From a virus, in IMG/VR virus record IMGVR_UViG_3300022562_000333, positions 1 to 64,000 of that record: DNA of 64,000 bases; one strand, given 5' to 3'. This document shows positions 19,301 through 27,217 of the stretch, in pieces. The first letter of the stretch is position 1, and each line of letters begins with the position of its first letter. Position numbers and translations under genes: made by a program. The notes below the pieces were generated by a model. The model made no database searches. It had not been told where the DNA came from and saw only the letters and a list, made by a program, of their open reading frames with translations.

Positions 19301-19601
19301 TCCCACCCTGCTCGGAGTCGGAAACCGAGACGTACTTCTTGGGGCCTGACTCCGCCCTCTTGAAGCGAGCAACAACACGACGAACCAAGACGAGGGAGCC
19401 CCCAACGTTCTTGTAGTTGAGGGACATGTCCGGATCGTTCTTGAGGTCCGTGTCCCCATCGGTATCGGGGTCGCGATCCGTCTGCATCTCCTCGCGGCGA
19501 CGGTCCTTACGAGGCGGCTTCTTCTTGGGTAGAGGACGAACGAGGCGCTCCGCCTCTTCGTCCTCTCGCTCGCCGTGGTCCTTCGTACCGAGGAAGTCCA
19601 T
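16362..19601 (-). CDS. Large charged head-module protein (1079 aa), possibly composite
   Basis: Lies between portal and protease; RVVARF peptide, EE[SP]K[GA] repeats and candidate internal starts at 17168 and 16763. Confidence 0.75.
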   Translation of the reverse strand: MDFLGTKDHGEREDEEAERLVRPLPKKKPPRKDRRREEMQTDRDPDTDGDTDLKNDPDMSLNYKNVGGSLVLVRRVVARFKRAESGPKKYVSVSDSEQGGKVVSVPEQTAKNNPSRYKPVKDKERSERESPGAKKPEGPKEESKGEESKGEESKGEESKGEEPKGEEPKAEEPKAEEPKAEEPKAEEPKAPEEKKAPDSSSEEQMAARVRERFKAKNYQNHPEFKEYTQNLPTTDDSGNFYDPKSKKRVPWDQLDPNEQSRLINDFATKKKRKSLDSKLDALDPKVKAAIQSLADPKSELSKKLDQYKKDGHPIEGIPPEKLIPALKGLNLPAKSIADLQGAASDLTKRETTKAEQEKAQAAEKNQKELEEAARKAQSAKDFKPPNRKPPTEEERLEVLNALWDMDPPLPSEIQVRLGSLHPEDAKLALSSYTKFNALDPPKNLKREIQEAGRNYVSDPLEVTSLPKYGVVKVQEDGKEVEKKLTFDKLTPGQKQQAVHEHRMKLLGASLASRSRVAKALVGNGIPKHLSTSLAHATLSAGSLSESERKKKVKTWATNLFTQSSSGYGKQEESDGRFGHVVRTTTRPTLSDKDRTKFIEAIKKLDPVGQQVAVAALQGEDYREAKARFLDPKSGDAIRPTDDPEDVARKLSQAQDMMSKAGKRYPSELSVIDPATILKVQTLKKLRDQDPAKARQVVTHIREDEVKRYHAKRSEWESKDKEHKTKQKAAQKEHDAWEKRKTKHEAKYAKDPYRAPPFDEPEPELLPDLEPPRPPIGYLRKLSEKDREKAKLDLKQLRRASLYSSYGLQKWQMGTTPPSNRDRTALYHGVEPYPKGHEGFAPYTKWNQPHRCDLGASDFDAILKSAKEWLKSPVLAKDIEGMVPDARFRAALDLAIHASRYNRAISPPLYNMMLAKLASQPADETLLTVHAATDRVAFSTEETEGNAMTVKFAKDQANAILGRLDKAAGFIQENYKKFGMDFDTAKAIVNDLDKTADEIEAAAFGEASLLKRQTEVLAASNPKLAKVLQQDSDEKYMGTFNAPMAPHQTDADEKYMGQFKDDQSEAVHEGKSTTGKPLAP
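19036..19182 (-). repeat. 15-bp coding tandem repeat, about 10 units (EESKG/EEPKG/EEPKA)
   Basis: Contiguous ttgg(g/a)ctcctca(gct/ccc) units with no spacers. Confidence 0.95.
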
Positions 19602-19634
19602 CCCACTCGGGGTCCGTCAAAAGACGAGTATCGG

Positions 19635-21440
19635 TCAGAAGCGACCTTGTTCCTCGGGAGCCGGCTCTGGTTTGACCTTGAGATCCAGGTACTTGGCGAT
19701 CTTGTCCATGATGTCCGTCTTCTCCGCCAACATCCGACCAACCTCGCCGTAAATGCCTCGGATAACCTCGTTGAAGGTCGAGTCGTTGACCGAGAACATG
19801 TCCCGCTCGATCTTCTCTTTGGTGTCTTGCGGATCGATGTTGAACATCTCCAGAATGAGGTCGATGCTGATCGACCCCTTCTGGTACAGGTTGAAGAGGG
19901 CGTCGTACGTATCCTGGCTGTCCCGCAAAGCGAGACGGGTGAACGACAGACGGGGGTAGAGGACGACCTCGTCACCCCACTCATCCTTCTCGACGAAGCC
20001 CTTTCGTCGGGCCACGGGCTTGAAGAGGTACTCTTCGACGTACTCTTGAAGCATCTCCCGAAAGAGGAGGTAACGGGTGTTGAGGACTTCCAGCTTGACG
20101 CGATCCCCGGAGAACGTGCTCTCTCCCGTGAGGAGGGACTCGGTAACCCCTAGCCCGGCGTAGAGCTGCTTGTCCGTGATGTCGTACTCCGAAGACAAGT
20201 CGAGCAGACGATCCCGAGCGCCAATCTCCTCCCAGTGGACCTCGTAGTTGGTGACGATCGAGTAGTCCGGATCCACAAGGGCGAGGTCGACCTGTTCACG
20301 TAGGTCATCCGTATCCACGTCAGAGAGGTTCTCACCCCAAACCAGTCGCTTGGGGGTCATCGCTCGATCGGCGATGAGGGTCTGGGCCTGCCGGAGCTTC
20401 TCGCGGTAGTAGAGGATGCGAAGGCAGCGGTCGAGGAGGCTGGCACCAAGCTCCTCACCAGCCCCACGACGGGCCGCCAAGTGGTAGCAGAACGAACCCT
20501 CATCCGGGTCCGTACCGAGCGGGATGAGCTTCCCGGACTCGATGTAGTCCCTCACTTCTTGAGGGATTTCCTCCGCCATTTGCGAAGCCTTGTCGTCCCC
20601 GGCCTTTGCTTGCTCGATGAGAGCACGGTCCCTATCCGAAGGGATCAGGTCGAGCGTAACCTTGTCCGTGAAGCTGAATGAAGCCAGCCGCACTTGGTCG
20701 ATAGGGAGGATGATGAGCTTGTCCCAGCCCTTGTAGTGCTCTTGGTAGTAGGCTAGCTCCCGGTCTTCCCGGTCCTCCATCTCCGTGATGGATTCCTCAA
20801 CCTCTTCATGCCCGTTCCCCTCTTCATCGAGGGTGGACTTGACGTTCTTGTCAATCTTGTGTCCTACGTTTGCAGGCACATCCACCGAACCATCCTCCGC
20901 GAACAGGAAGACGTTACCGTCGAGGTTGTAGTGGTGGGCGGCTGTAATCAAGCGTTGAAACAGCTTGATCCTTTGGCACATACGTTGAAAGAACGTGAGG
21001 ATGTACTTGCCGTAGTCGTTGGCGTCCTTGAAGCGCTCCGGGTAGGTGCGGGGAGTCGGCTTGGCCAACCGGACCTTGGACAGAGGTAGCTCTGTGTGGA
21101 GGTCGATCGCTTGACCTACAATGGGGTCGGTGTTGTAGAAGTGCCTGTAAATCTCCCGCTTCTCGCGGAGAGATTGAGGCAGCTCCAGAAAGTCTGTCGA
21201 GAGCTGCGGGGAGAAGAACGGGCTCGTCCCGGAAAGGGTCGTGTTCGCCCCTGAGATAGCGTTCGTGGGGAACGACCCCATCGCCGTCTTGTTGGATGCG
21301 GCTACCCGACGCGCCAAGCGCTCCTTCTCGGTAAGGTTCGACACCTTGCCTTTGGATGAGTAGGGAGCATGGGTCCACCGGCCGATCTGAGTATTCAGAA
21401 CGACGCTACTTGACGCGTTGGTGAACCGCTCGGAAGCCAC
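19635..21440 (-). CDS. Portal protein (601 aa)
   Basis: YRHFYNTDPIVGQAIDLHTELPL, DGNVFLF and G.S.L.R.....YREKLRQAQ, plus AGLGVTESLLTGE, are portal-like; downstream of TerL. Confidence 0.85.
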   Translation of the reverse strand: MASERFTNASSSVVLNTQIGRWTHAPYSSKGKVSNLTEKERLARRVAASNKTAMGSFPTNAISGANTTLSGTSPFFSPQLSTDFLELPQSLREKREIYRHFYNTDPIVGQAIDLHTELPLSKVRLAKPTPRTYPERFKDANDYGKYILTFFQRMCQRIKLFQRLITAAHHYNLDGNVFLFAEDGSVDVPANVGHKIDKNVKSTLDEEGNGHEEVEESITEMEDREDRELAYYQEHYKGWDKLIILPIDQVRLASFSFTDKVTLDLIPSDRDRALIEQAKAGDDKASQMAEEIPQEVRDYIESGKLIPLGTDPDEGSFCYHLAARRGAGEELGASLLDRCLRILYYREKLRQAQTLIADRAMTPKRLVWGENLSDVDTDDLREQVDLALVDPDYSIVTNYEVHWEEIGARDRLLDLSSEYDITDKQLYAGLGVTESLLTGESTFSGDRVKLEVLNTRYLLFREMLQEYVEEYLFKPVARRKGFVEKDEWGDEVVLYPRLSFTRLALRDSQDTYDALFNLYQKGSISIDLILEMFNIDPQDTKEKIERDMFSVNDSTFNEVIRGIYGEVGRMLAEKTDIMDKIAKYLDLKVKPEPAPEEQGRF

Positions 21441-21896
21441 TTAGATTTCTCCCCCGTAGAGGTCGTCGATGTCCGCTACGTTCCCTACATTTGCAACGTC
21501 GAGCATAGAAGAGGTCTCCGTGTCTGGCCCAAACAGCTCCGAGAGAAGATCGCGGGGCGGGGCGTGACCGTCTTTGGCCGCCTTCGCTGCCTTGCGCTCT
21601 TGCTTCTCCCTCTGTTCACGCTCCGTGATCTCCATCTCCGTCTTGATGTTGGCCAGCATCCGCTCAAAGACCTGGGCTCGCTTGAGCCCCTGGCTCATCA
21701 GGCCCGCTATCCGTTTCCCACCGTTGGCAAGGTTGAGATACGCGGAGGTGGCCGCATTGGGGTTCTTCTTCGCCCGATGGTACAGAAGGTCGTAGATCCT
21801 CTGGGCTCGTTCGGCCAAAGCCAGCATCTCGGCGTGGGTACGACCCCCCTCCGCGACCAACTCATCCACGGTCATGTGTCCAAGTGTTTTTTCCAT
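21441..21896 (-). CDS. Hypothetical helical protein (151 aa)
   Basis: Abuts the portal start; late-type motif upstream. Confidence 0.65.
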   Translation of the reverse strand: MEKTLGHMTVDELVAEGGRTHAEMLALAERAQRIYDLLYHRAKKNPNAATSAYLNLANGGKRIAGLMSQGLKRAQVFERMLANIKTEMEITEREQREKQERKAAKAAKDGHAPPRDLLSELFGPDTETSSMLDVANVGNVADIDDLYGGEI

Positions 21897-21938
21897 CTAC
21901 ATTTTCTCGGCGAGCACAAGGGGCTCGTTATCAACAGG

Positions 21939-22475
21939 TTACAAGGTCTGAATGGTCATGAAGTTGTTGTTCACGGCTTTGGGGGGTTGGATGACCATAC
22001 CGACCAAACCCCCCAAAAACGGGGCGTCGGCAAGAGGCCCTCGCGGGTCACCAGACAAATCCCACTCATCTTCCTTCGTCCACAGGCCGCGAAGGGATAT
22101 GTATAGGAAATCGCTGGCATTGTAGGTAATTGGAACCAACGGCCCGCCCTGTCGAGACGTCCAGGTGTACGTCTCGAAAGAGGAGGTCGAGAAGAAACAC
22201 CCGCCGCTGAGCATGACTCCAAAGCGGTAGTGAGGTTGGTGGCCCGTGATGGAGGTGAACTTGTCGGCCGGTTCATCGGAGCCCCAGACAAGGAAGCCTG
22301 AGCAGACCCCATCGGCGTAGGTGACGAGAAACTCGTCCTTCGTGGAGTCGGCCCACTTCACACCCTGACCCCCGGCCCACCCGCCTTGAGCCATCGCCTC
22401 GTCGATCGTTACCGGGAGGTTGTCGCCCTTCCGGAAGAGGATGAGATCACGCCCTCGTACAATTTCGGTAGGCAT
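21939..22475 (-). CDS. Minor head decoration protein, paralog of 11657..12307 (178 aa)
   Basis: ATG at 22475 overlaps the TopIB stop (TGATG). ITYNASDFLYISLRGLWT and LVGMVIQPP align with LTYAAGDLLYASANGLLT and VVGVVKAAP. Confidence 0.65.
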   Translation of the reverse strand: MPTEIVRGRDLILFRKGDNLPVTIDEAMAQGGWAGGQGVKWADSTKDEFLVTYADGVCSGFLVWGSDEPADKFTSITGHQPHYRFGVMLSGGCFFSTSSFETYTWTSRQGGPLVPITYNASDFLYISLRGLWTKEDEWDLSGDPRGPLADAPFLGGLVGMVIQPPKAVNNNFMTIQTL

Positions 22476-23545
22476 CAGGCTTTCTCCGGCTCTTGCTTGC
22501 GCCCCGGCATCTTCCCCCAAGTCGTTACGACCGTCTTGAGAAGCTCGTTCTGCACGGGGTCGCCATTGAGGAGCCTCTCCCAAGACCCTCCCTGTTGACG
22601 AAACACCAAACGCATCACGTTGAAGTCGCGATCCTCCACAACCAGCTCATCCCCGAGCATGTGGTCCACGAGCTGCTTGATGATGCGGTTTCCAAAGAGG
22701 AGCGGGGGCTCAGGGGTGCAGTCGAACGAAGCCGCCTTGGCATTCAGCTTGTCGATGACCGAGCCATCATGGAGGTACGCTTCCTCCATCGCTGGTACGA
22801 GGTACTGGCTTCGTAGCGTAGAGGGCTCGTGACCGACCGCCTCGGCAGCCTCCGCTACGGCCTTCTTGAACTCAGCCTTCAGGATCTTGTCCTTGGCTTT
22901 ACGCTCGCGTGGTAGCTCCGGTCCGGCAGAACGGATCTTCTTGAGTCGGTCTTGGACTTCCCGGTTCGCATGAAGACCCCGGATGTCCTTAGCTGTGATG
23001 TCGAAGTCCTTGAGGTACCCGTTGACCGCCTTCGCATCCACACACCCACCGTCATAGGCGAAGATGCAGTCCTCTTTTCCCTTGGTGGAGTTGTACGCCT
23101 CACGAAGAGCCTTGAGGATCTGTGCGTCCGAGACCTTCTTCTCTTGTTTGACCCCTGACTTTCCGACGTACTTGACAGTGGCCGAACCCTTCCCGAAGGA
23201 AAGGTGGCCCCGCTGCCACCCGGTGACGCCAAAGTGCCCGTCATCCGCCGATTCGTCGTTTCCGACCCGCTCGTACGTGTGATCGATGAGGGCGACGGCA
23301 AGGGCCGTCAGCTTCGTGTGCAAGTCCTTGGACTTCAGGTCAGACTTCACCTTCGTCCGGAGCTTTCCCATGGAAGTCCGGAGCTTCTCGACTCGGTCCG
23401 CCTTCTGGTTGTTGCGGTTCGCAACCTGACGAGGCCCGTACTCGTAGACGGTCATCTCGTCCCCGGCGCGAGTTTTGACCTTCTTTTTGGACTTGTACCT
23501 CGCGGCCACCCGGAGCGAGATCGAGTCGAGCGGAGGGAACCTCAT
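22475..23545 (-). CDS. DNA topoisomerase IB (bacterial/poxvirus type) (356 aa)
   Basis: ERVGND (R), YVGKSG (K), TAKDIR (R) and VGH...SQYL (H, Y) form the catalytic pentad. Confidence 0.92.
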   Translation of the reverse strand: MRFPPLDSISLRVAARYKSKKKVKTRAGDEMTVYEYGPRQVANRNNQKADRVEKLRTSMGKLRTKVKSDLKSKDLHTKLTALAVALIDHTYERVGNDESADDGHFGVTGWQRGHLSFGKGSATVKYVGKSGVKQEKKVSDAQILKALREAYNSTKGKEDCIFAYDGGCVDAKAVNGYLKDFDITAKDIRGLHANREVQDRLKKIRSAGPELPRERKAKDKILKAEFKKAVAEAAEAVGHEPSTLRSQYLVPAMEEAYLHDGSVIDKLNAKAASFDCTPEPPLLFGNRIIKQLVDHMLGDELVVEDRDFNVMRLVFRQQGGSWERLLNGDPVQNELLKTVVTTWGKMPGRKQEPEKA

Positions 23546-25545
23546 CTTGACCTTACCCTCGGTACAAGACGATCCCTATGAACCCCGTGCTGGCGCATCC
23601 TAGCCCGCTGATAGTGGGTCATAGAAGCCGGCCCCCTCGGTTGGGTCGGGTAGTTCCGAGGGGCCGTGATCTTGAGGTTGCTGATCCGCTCCAAAGAGAG
23701 CCAGATGGCTCGTACAAGGGCGTCCGTCACGTCATCATGAGCCCCTTGAATCTGAGGAGCCTCTACGATGATCTGGTTCCTAGCCCGCTGCGTAGCCTGG
23801 AGACTGAGGATCTCCTCGATGAGCGGCGAGTGCTTGGATTGAGCCTCCGCTTGCGAAGGTAGCGGATAGTCGTAGAGCGTGATGCGCTTGTCGAACATGA
23901 GTAGCTTCGTCGCCTGGTACATCTTGCTCGTCGTATCAGGCTTGAAAAACTCACTCTTGAACTGCTTCAAGCCCTTCTTGTGGAGCGCCTCTTCGAGCGG
24001 GAGCCCGTTCCAACGGTCGAACAACCCAGCCGAGATGTAGAACTTCTTGGTGAGGAGGTGGATCCAGTTGGCGATCTCCTCGAAGTCAAGTCGCTCTACG
24101 TTCTCCAGGGTTTTGGCGTAGTCAGTGAAAGGAGAGGTGAGGTGGGGGTTGGCTTCCCTCCACGACATGCCTGCGTACCAAGCCTCGTGGTAGTCGAGGA
24201 TGATGTTGGCACCCTCGGTATGAGTGATCGCGACGGTCGTACCGTCGTTGATGAGCCCTACGTCGATCCCCATTTGATGAGGGAAGCGCGGAGGTCCGTA
24301 CGTCTTGGGACGAAGCTCCTTTTGGATGCACTCGATGAGGTCCGCTTCACGTTCGATCCAACCACGAACGCGGTCGGAGAAGAGGGCACCGTGCTCCGTC
24401 ATGAAGACGGAGGGGTCCTCGTGGTACTTCTCCTTGTAGTAGCTCGTTGGGACGGTCGGGTTGACCTCCCAGGTCGGCGCCTGGATGACGAGCATGTTGT
24501 CCGAGCCAGGCCCTCGGCTCATGCCGAGGTGGTACAGCTCGTAGAACTTACCCGCCTTGTTTAGAGGCGAGGAGATGCAGATGATTCGAGCTTCGGACTC
24601 CGTTGCCGATCCATTGATAGGGAGCCCCGTTGCAGGGTCCTTTGGGGAGAAGGCAGCGGTTGACGGCGTGATGGCGTCGTAGATGTCCTTGGCGCTCGAC
24701 TTACCCTTGTCCTGAAAGTGGGCGATCTCGTCGAGGATGATGACGATGTTACCGGACCCTCGAAGACCCTTTGAAATGCTGGCCTTGAAGGTGACGCGGA
24801 TGCTCGCCTTGCCGTTGAACGAAGTGAACTTACCGTCCGAGTGACGGACCGTAGGCCCGAACCTCTCAATGTCGTAGGGGGTTCGGAGCTGGACGTAGGA
24901 GAGCGTGTTGTTGGCGATGTACGGCTGGAAATACTCGCACTTCGCCATGTGCGAGGTCACGTCATTGAAGAGGAGACCCGCCTGGTCCTTGTCCGTGGCG
25001 ACCGAGATGATTTGGATTCGGTTGCCGTTGGGGAGCCCGTAGTACGCTTGCGGGTTGCCCAACGAGAGGAGCCTGTAAAGCTCGTAACTCGCAAAAACAG
25101 CCGATAGGGTGGTCTTCCCAGCACGGCGACCGATGGGGAGGGTGAGCTGTCTACGGAGGTGGTCCTGCTCCCCGATGTTGCACCGACCTTCGTTGTAGAG
25201 GTAGTGCAGGTACTCCTTCTCAGTGAAGGTGTACAACGTCTTCGTGTTGAACATGTCGGAGATTTTGATCCGACGATTCTCGTCCTCCGGGAGCGTGTCA
25301 TCCAGAGGCATGTGGTAGTACAGCTTTACGATGAACCGCTGTACTGGAAACAGCTTCATGTTGAGCCCCCACGGGGACTCGACATACTGAAGCACGTTGA
25401 AAATACGTTGCGTCCGACCGTTGACCGTGACGGTAGCTAGGTCAACCCCATTGACAGCCGCCGTCTCCGTAAGCGCACGGGCACGATGCCCGGCGCTACG
25501 GATCATATGGGCTAGGTTGGACTGTTGCTTCTTTTCGCGAGCCAC
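23542..25545 (-). CDS. terL: Terminase large subunit (667 aa)
   Basis: Walker A GRRAGKT, Walker B IILDE, coupling motif ISSP, and nuclease GIDVG ... HDDVTDA. Confidence 0.93.
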   Translation of the reverse strand: MAREKKQQSNLAHMIRSAGHRARALTETAAVNGVDLATVTVNGRTQRIFNVLQYVESPWGLNMKLFPVQRFIVKLYYHMPLDDTLPEDENRRIKISDMFNTKTLYTFTEKEYLHYLYNEGRCNIGEQDHLRRQLTLPIGRRAGKTTLSAVFASYELYRLLSLGNPQAYYGLPNGNRIQIISVATDKDQAGLLFNDVTSHMAKCEYFQPYIANNTLSYVQLRTPYDIERFGPTVRHSDGKFTSFNGKASIRVTFKASISKGLRGSGNIVIILDEIAHFQDKGKSSAKDIYDAITPSTAAFSPKDPATGLPINGSATESEARIICISSPLNKAGKFYELYHLGMSRGPGSDNMLVIQAPTWEVNPTVPTSYYKEKYHEDPSVFMTEHGALFSDRVRGWIEREADLIECIQKELRPKTYGPPRFPHQMGIDVGLINDGTTVAITHTEGANIILDYHEAWYAGMSWREANPHLTSPFTDYAKTLENVERLDFEEIANWIHLLTKKFYISAGLFDRWNGLPLEEALHKKGLKQFKSEFFKPDTTSKMYQATKLLMFDKRITLYDYPLPSQAEAQSKHSPLIEEILSLQATQRARNQIIVEAPQIQGAHDDVTDALVRAIWLSLERISNLKITAPRNYPTQPRGPASMTHYQRARMRQHGVHRDRLVPRVRSR

Positions 25546-25549
25546 GAGG

Positions 25550-26140
25550 TCACCTCAAGGTGTTCGTAGCTCGTTCCTCCCACCCTTCCATCACGGAGGC
25601 GAAGCGGTTGAAAAAGAGGTTCATAGCCTCTTCCGGGAGCGTCTCCTGTGCTACCTCACGCATCGTCTCGACCCACATGGTGAAGAGCTTCTGCATGCGC
25701 TCGCTGCTCAGGTTGATGGACTCCGAGTCGATCTCTTTGATCTTCAACTCGATGTCGGCGATCTTCTTGAGCGCTTCGATGCGACGAGTTGAGACTTGCC
25801 CCGTCTCCTTGCCTCGCTTCTGCGTTTCGATCCGCTCGAAGTGAAGGCTTGCTGCCTCCGCTGCGACCTCTTTCTTGATGAGGAAGAGAACGTCCAGGGC
25901 ATCCCCGTGCTCCTCGATCTTCTTGAGGACCGGGTCCGAAGAGATGAACGCCTCCCGAGCCCGCGTCATCTCCGCGTGGTACTCAAGGTCGCTCGTGGTC
26001 GGCTTGCGCTCGATCTTGCGGGGTCGACCTCGACCTCGTTTGACCCCCTCCAGACGATGACTGTCGGCGCCGTGAGGAGCGTCTTGCTCCGGGAGCAAGT
26101 GAAGCACCGCTTCCACGCGCTCTGTTCCGTCCTTCTTCAT
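25550..26140 (-). CDS. Putative terminase small subunit with an AT-hook (196 aa)
   Basis: Immediately upstream of terL; helical, with KRGRGRPRK. Confidence 0.6.
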   Translation of the reverse strand: MKKDGTERVEAVLHLLPEQDAPHGADSHRLEGVKRGRGRPRKIERKPTTSDLEYHAEMTRAREAFISSDPVLKKIEEHGDALDVLFLIKKEVAAEAASLHFERIETQKRGKETGQVSTRRIEALKKIADIELKIKEIDSESINLSSERMQKLFTMWVETMREVAQETLPEEAMNLFFNRFASVMEGWEERATNTLR

Positions 26141-26147
26141 GGTCTCC

Positions 26148-26534
26148 TCACTTCACCGATTTAGTGCCGCCCCCACCCTCAGTTTCAATGAGGTATTGGG
26201 AGAGGTTCTTTACAGTAGCATAGCCTTTGTCTTTGGGAATTTGCTTCTTGATGACTTCGGCTAGGTCTTTGCCAGTTTCAGCCAAGTTGCGGACACTGGT
26301 TTGGTCGGGCTTAGGGCTGAATACATCCTCGGGTCGAAGGTCTCTTCGGTTGGGGGAGACGGTTTCATCATGGCCTTCATCCATTGGCTTGCCGTGCTCC
26401 TTGACGATGGAGCGGTCGATGCCTTTGGGTCGGTTGACAGGCTTCACCAAGTCCTTGTCCTTCTTACGCTGGCCAGGAGGCTGGTCGGCGTGGAGGAACC
26501 GGGCTGCTACCCGAAGGATGAGGGCGTCGGACAC
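26148..26534 (-). CDS. Hypothetical head-region protein with N-terminal RVAARF (128 aa)
   Basis: GTG at 26534 directly follows the upstream stop and gives MSDALILRVAARF. Confidence 0.65.
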   Translation of the reverse strand: MSDALILRVAARFLHADQPPGQRKKDKDLVKPVNRPKGIDRSIVKEHGKPMDEGHDETVSPNRRDLRPEDVFSPKPDQTSVRNLAETGKDLAEVIKKQIPKDKGYATVKNLSQYLIETEGGGGTKSVK

Positions 26535-26536
26535 GT

Positions 26537-27160
26537 TCAGTGCCCCCAACCAGAGGTCGTCTCGTAGACAGGCTTCCCGCTCCACTTGTGAGCGTTGTGA
26601 CCATCCACCTTGAAGGAACCCCCAGGGGTCGGGCGAGCCCGAACCGGACCGCTCACGTACTTGCCCTGCTGGGGGGCAACCATGGTGACATTCTTGTCCG
26701 TGCTGACCTCGCGCTTCGCGACCTCACGAACAAGGATGTCCTTCCCCCGGATCTCGACCACCTCGTAGAAGTCCACGTTGGTCTGGTCGTAACCCCAAGA
26801 GGTGTTGTAAATCTCTCCGACTTGGATGCCGTGTTGGTAGTTACGGCGCTCCTCAAGCTGCTTTTGCTTGTACTCAAGGACCCGTTTACGCGAGTCGATG
26901 GCATCCCTGATAGCCGCCTGCCTACTCGCCTCGCTCCGAAACGAGTTGTGGAACATCGGTTTGTTCTGCTTGGCGGCAAACGCGATGGCTAGAAGGAGGG
27001 GTTCTCCCGTCCGCACATTGGGAGACTCGTACGTCCAGATCGCCAAGTCCGTCCCTTGAGGGTCAACGTTGGGGGGCGTACCCCGTACCTCTTTCGGTAA
27101 GTACGATTCCCGTGGGAGGGTGAATCGGGCTGCCACACGGGCGATCAAGGCGAGGGACAT
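26537..27160 (-). CDS. Hypothetical protein with N-terminal RVAARF and an SWGYDQTNVDFY domain (207 aa)
   Basis: Starts MSLALIARVAARF; late-type motif upstream. Confidence 0.75.
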   Translation of the reverse strand: MSLALIARVAARFTLPRESYLPKEVRGTPPNVDPQGTDLAIWTYESPNVRTGEPLLLAIAFAAKQNKPMFHNSFRSEASRQAAIRDAIDSRKRVLEYKQKQLEERRNYQHGIQVGEIYNTSWGYDQTNVDFYEVVEIRGKDILVREVAKREVSTDKNVTMVAPQQGKYVSGPVRARPTPGGSFKVDGHNAHKWSGKPVYETTSGWGH

Positions 27161-27217
27161 GCCTTAGAGCAGGCATAACAAGAGTATCAACCCGCCCCGA
27201 TCGCTAGATTCTCAGCC

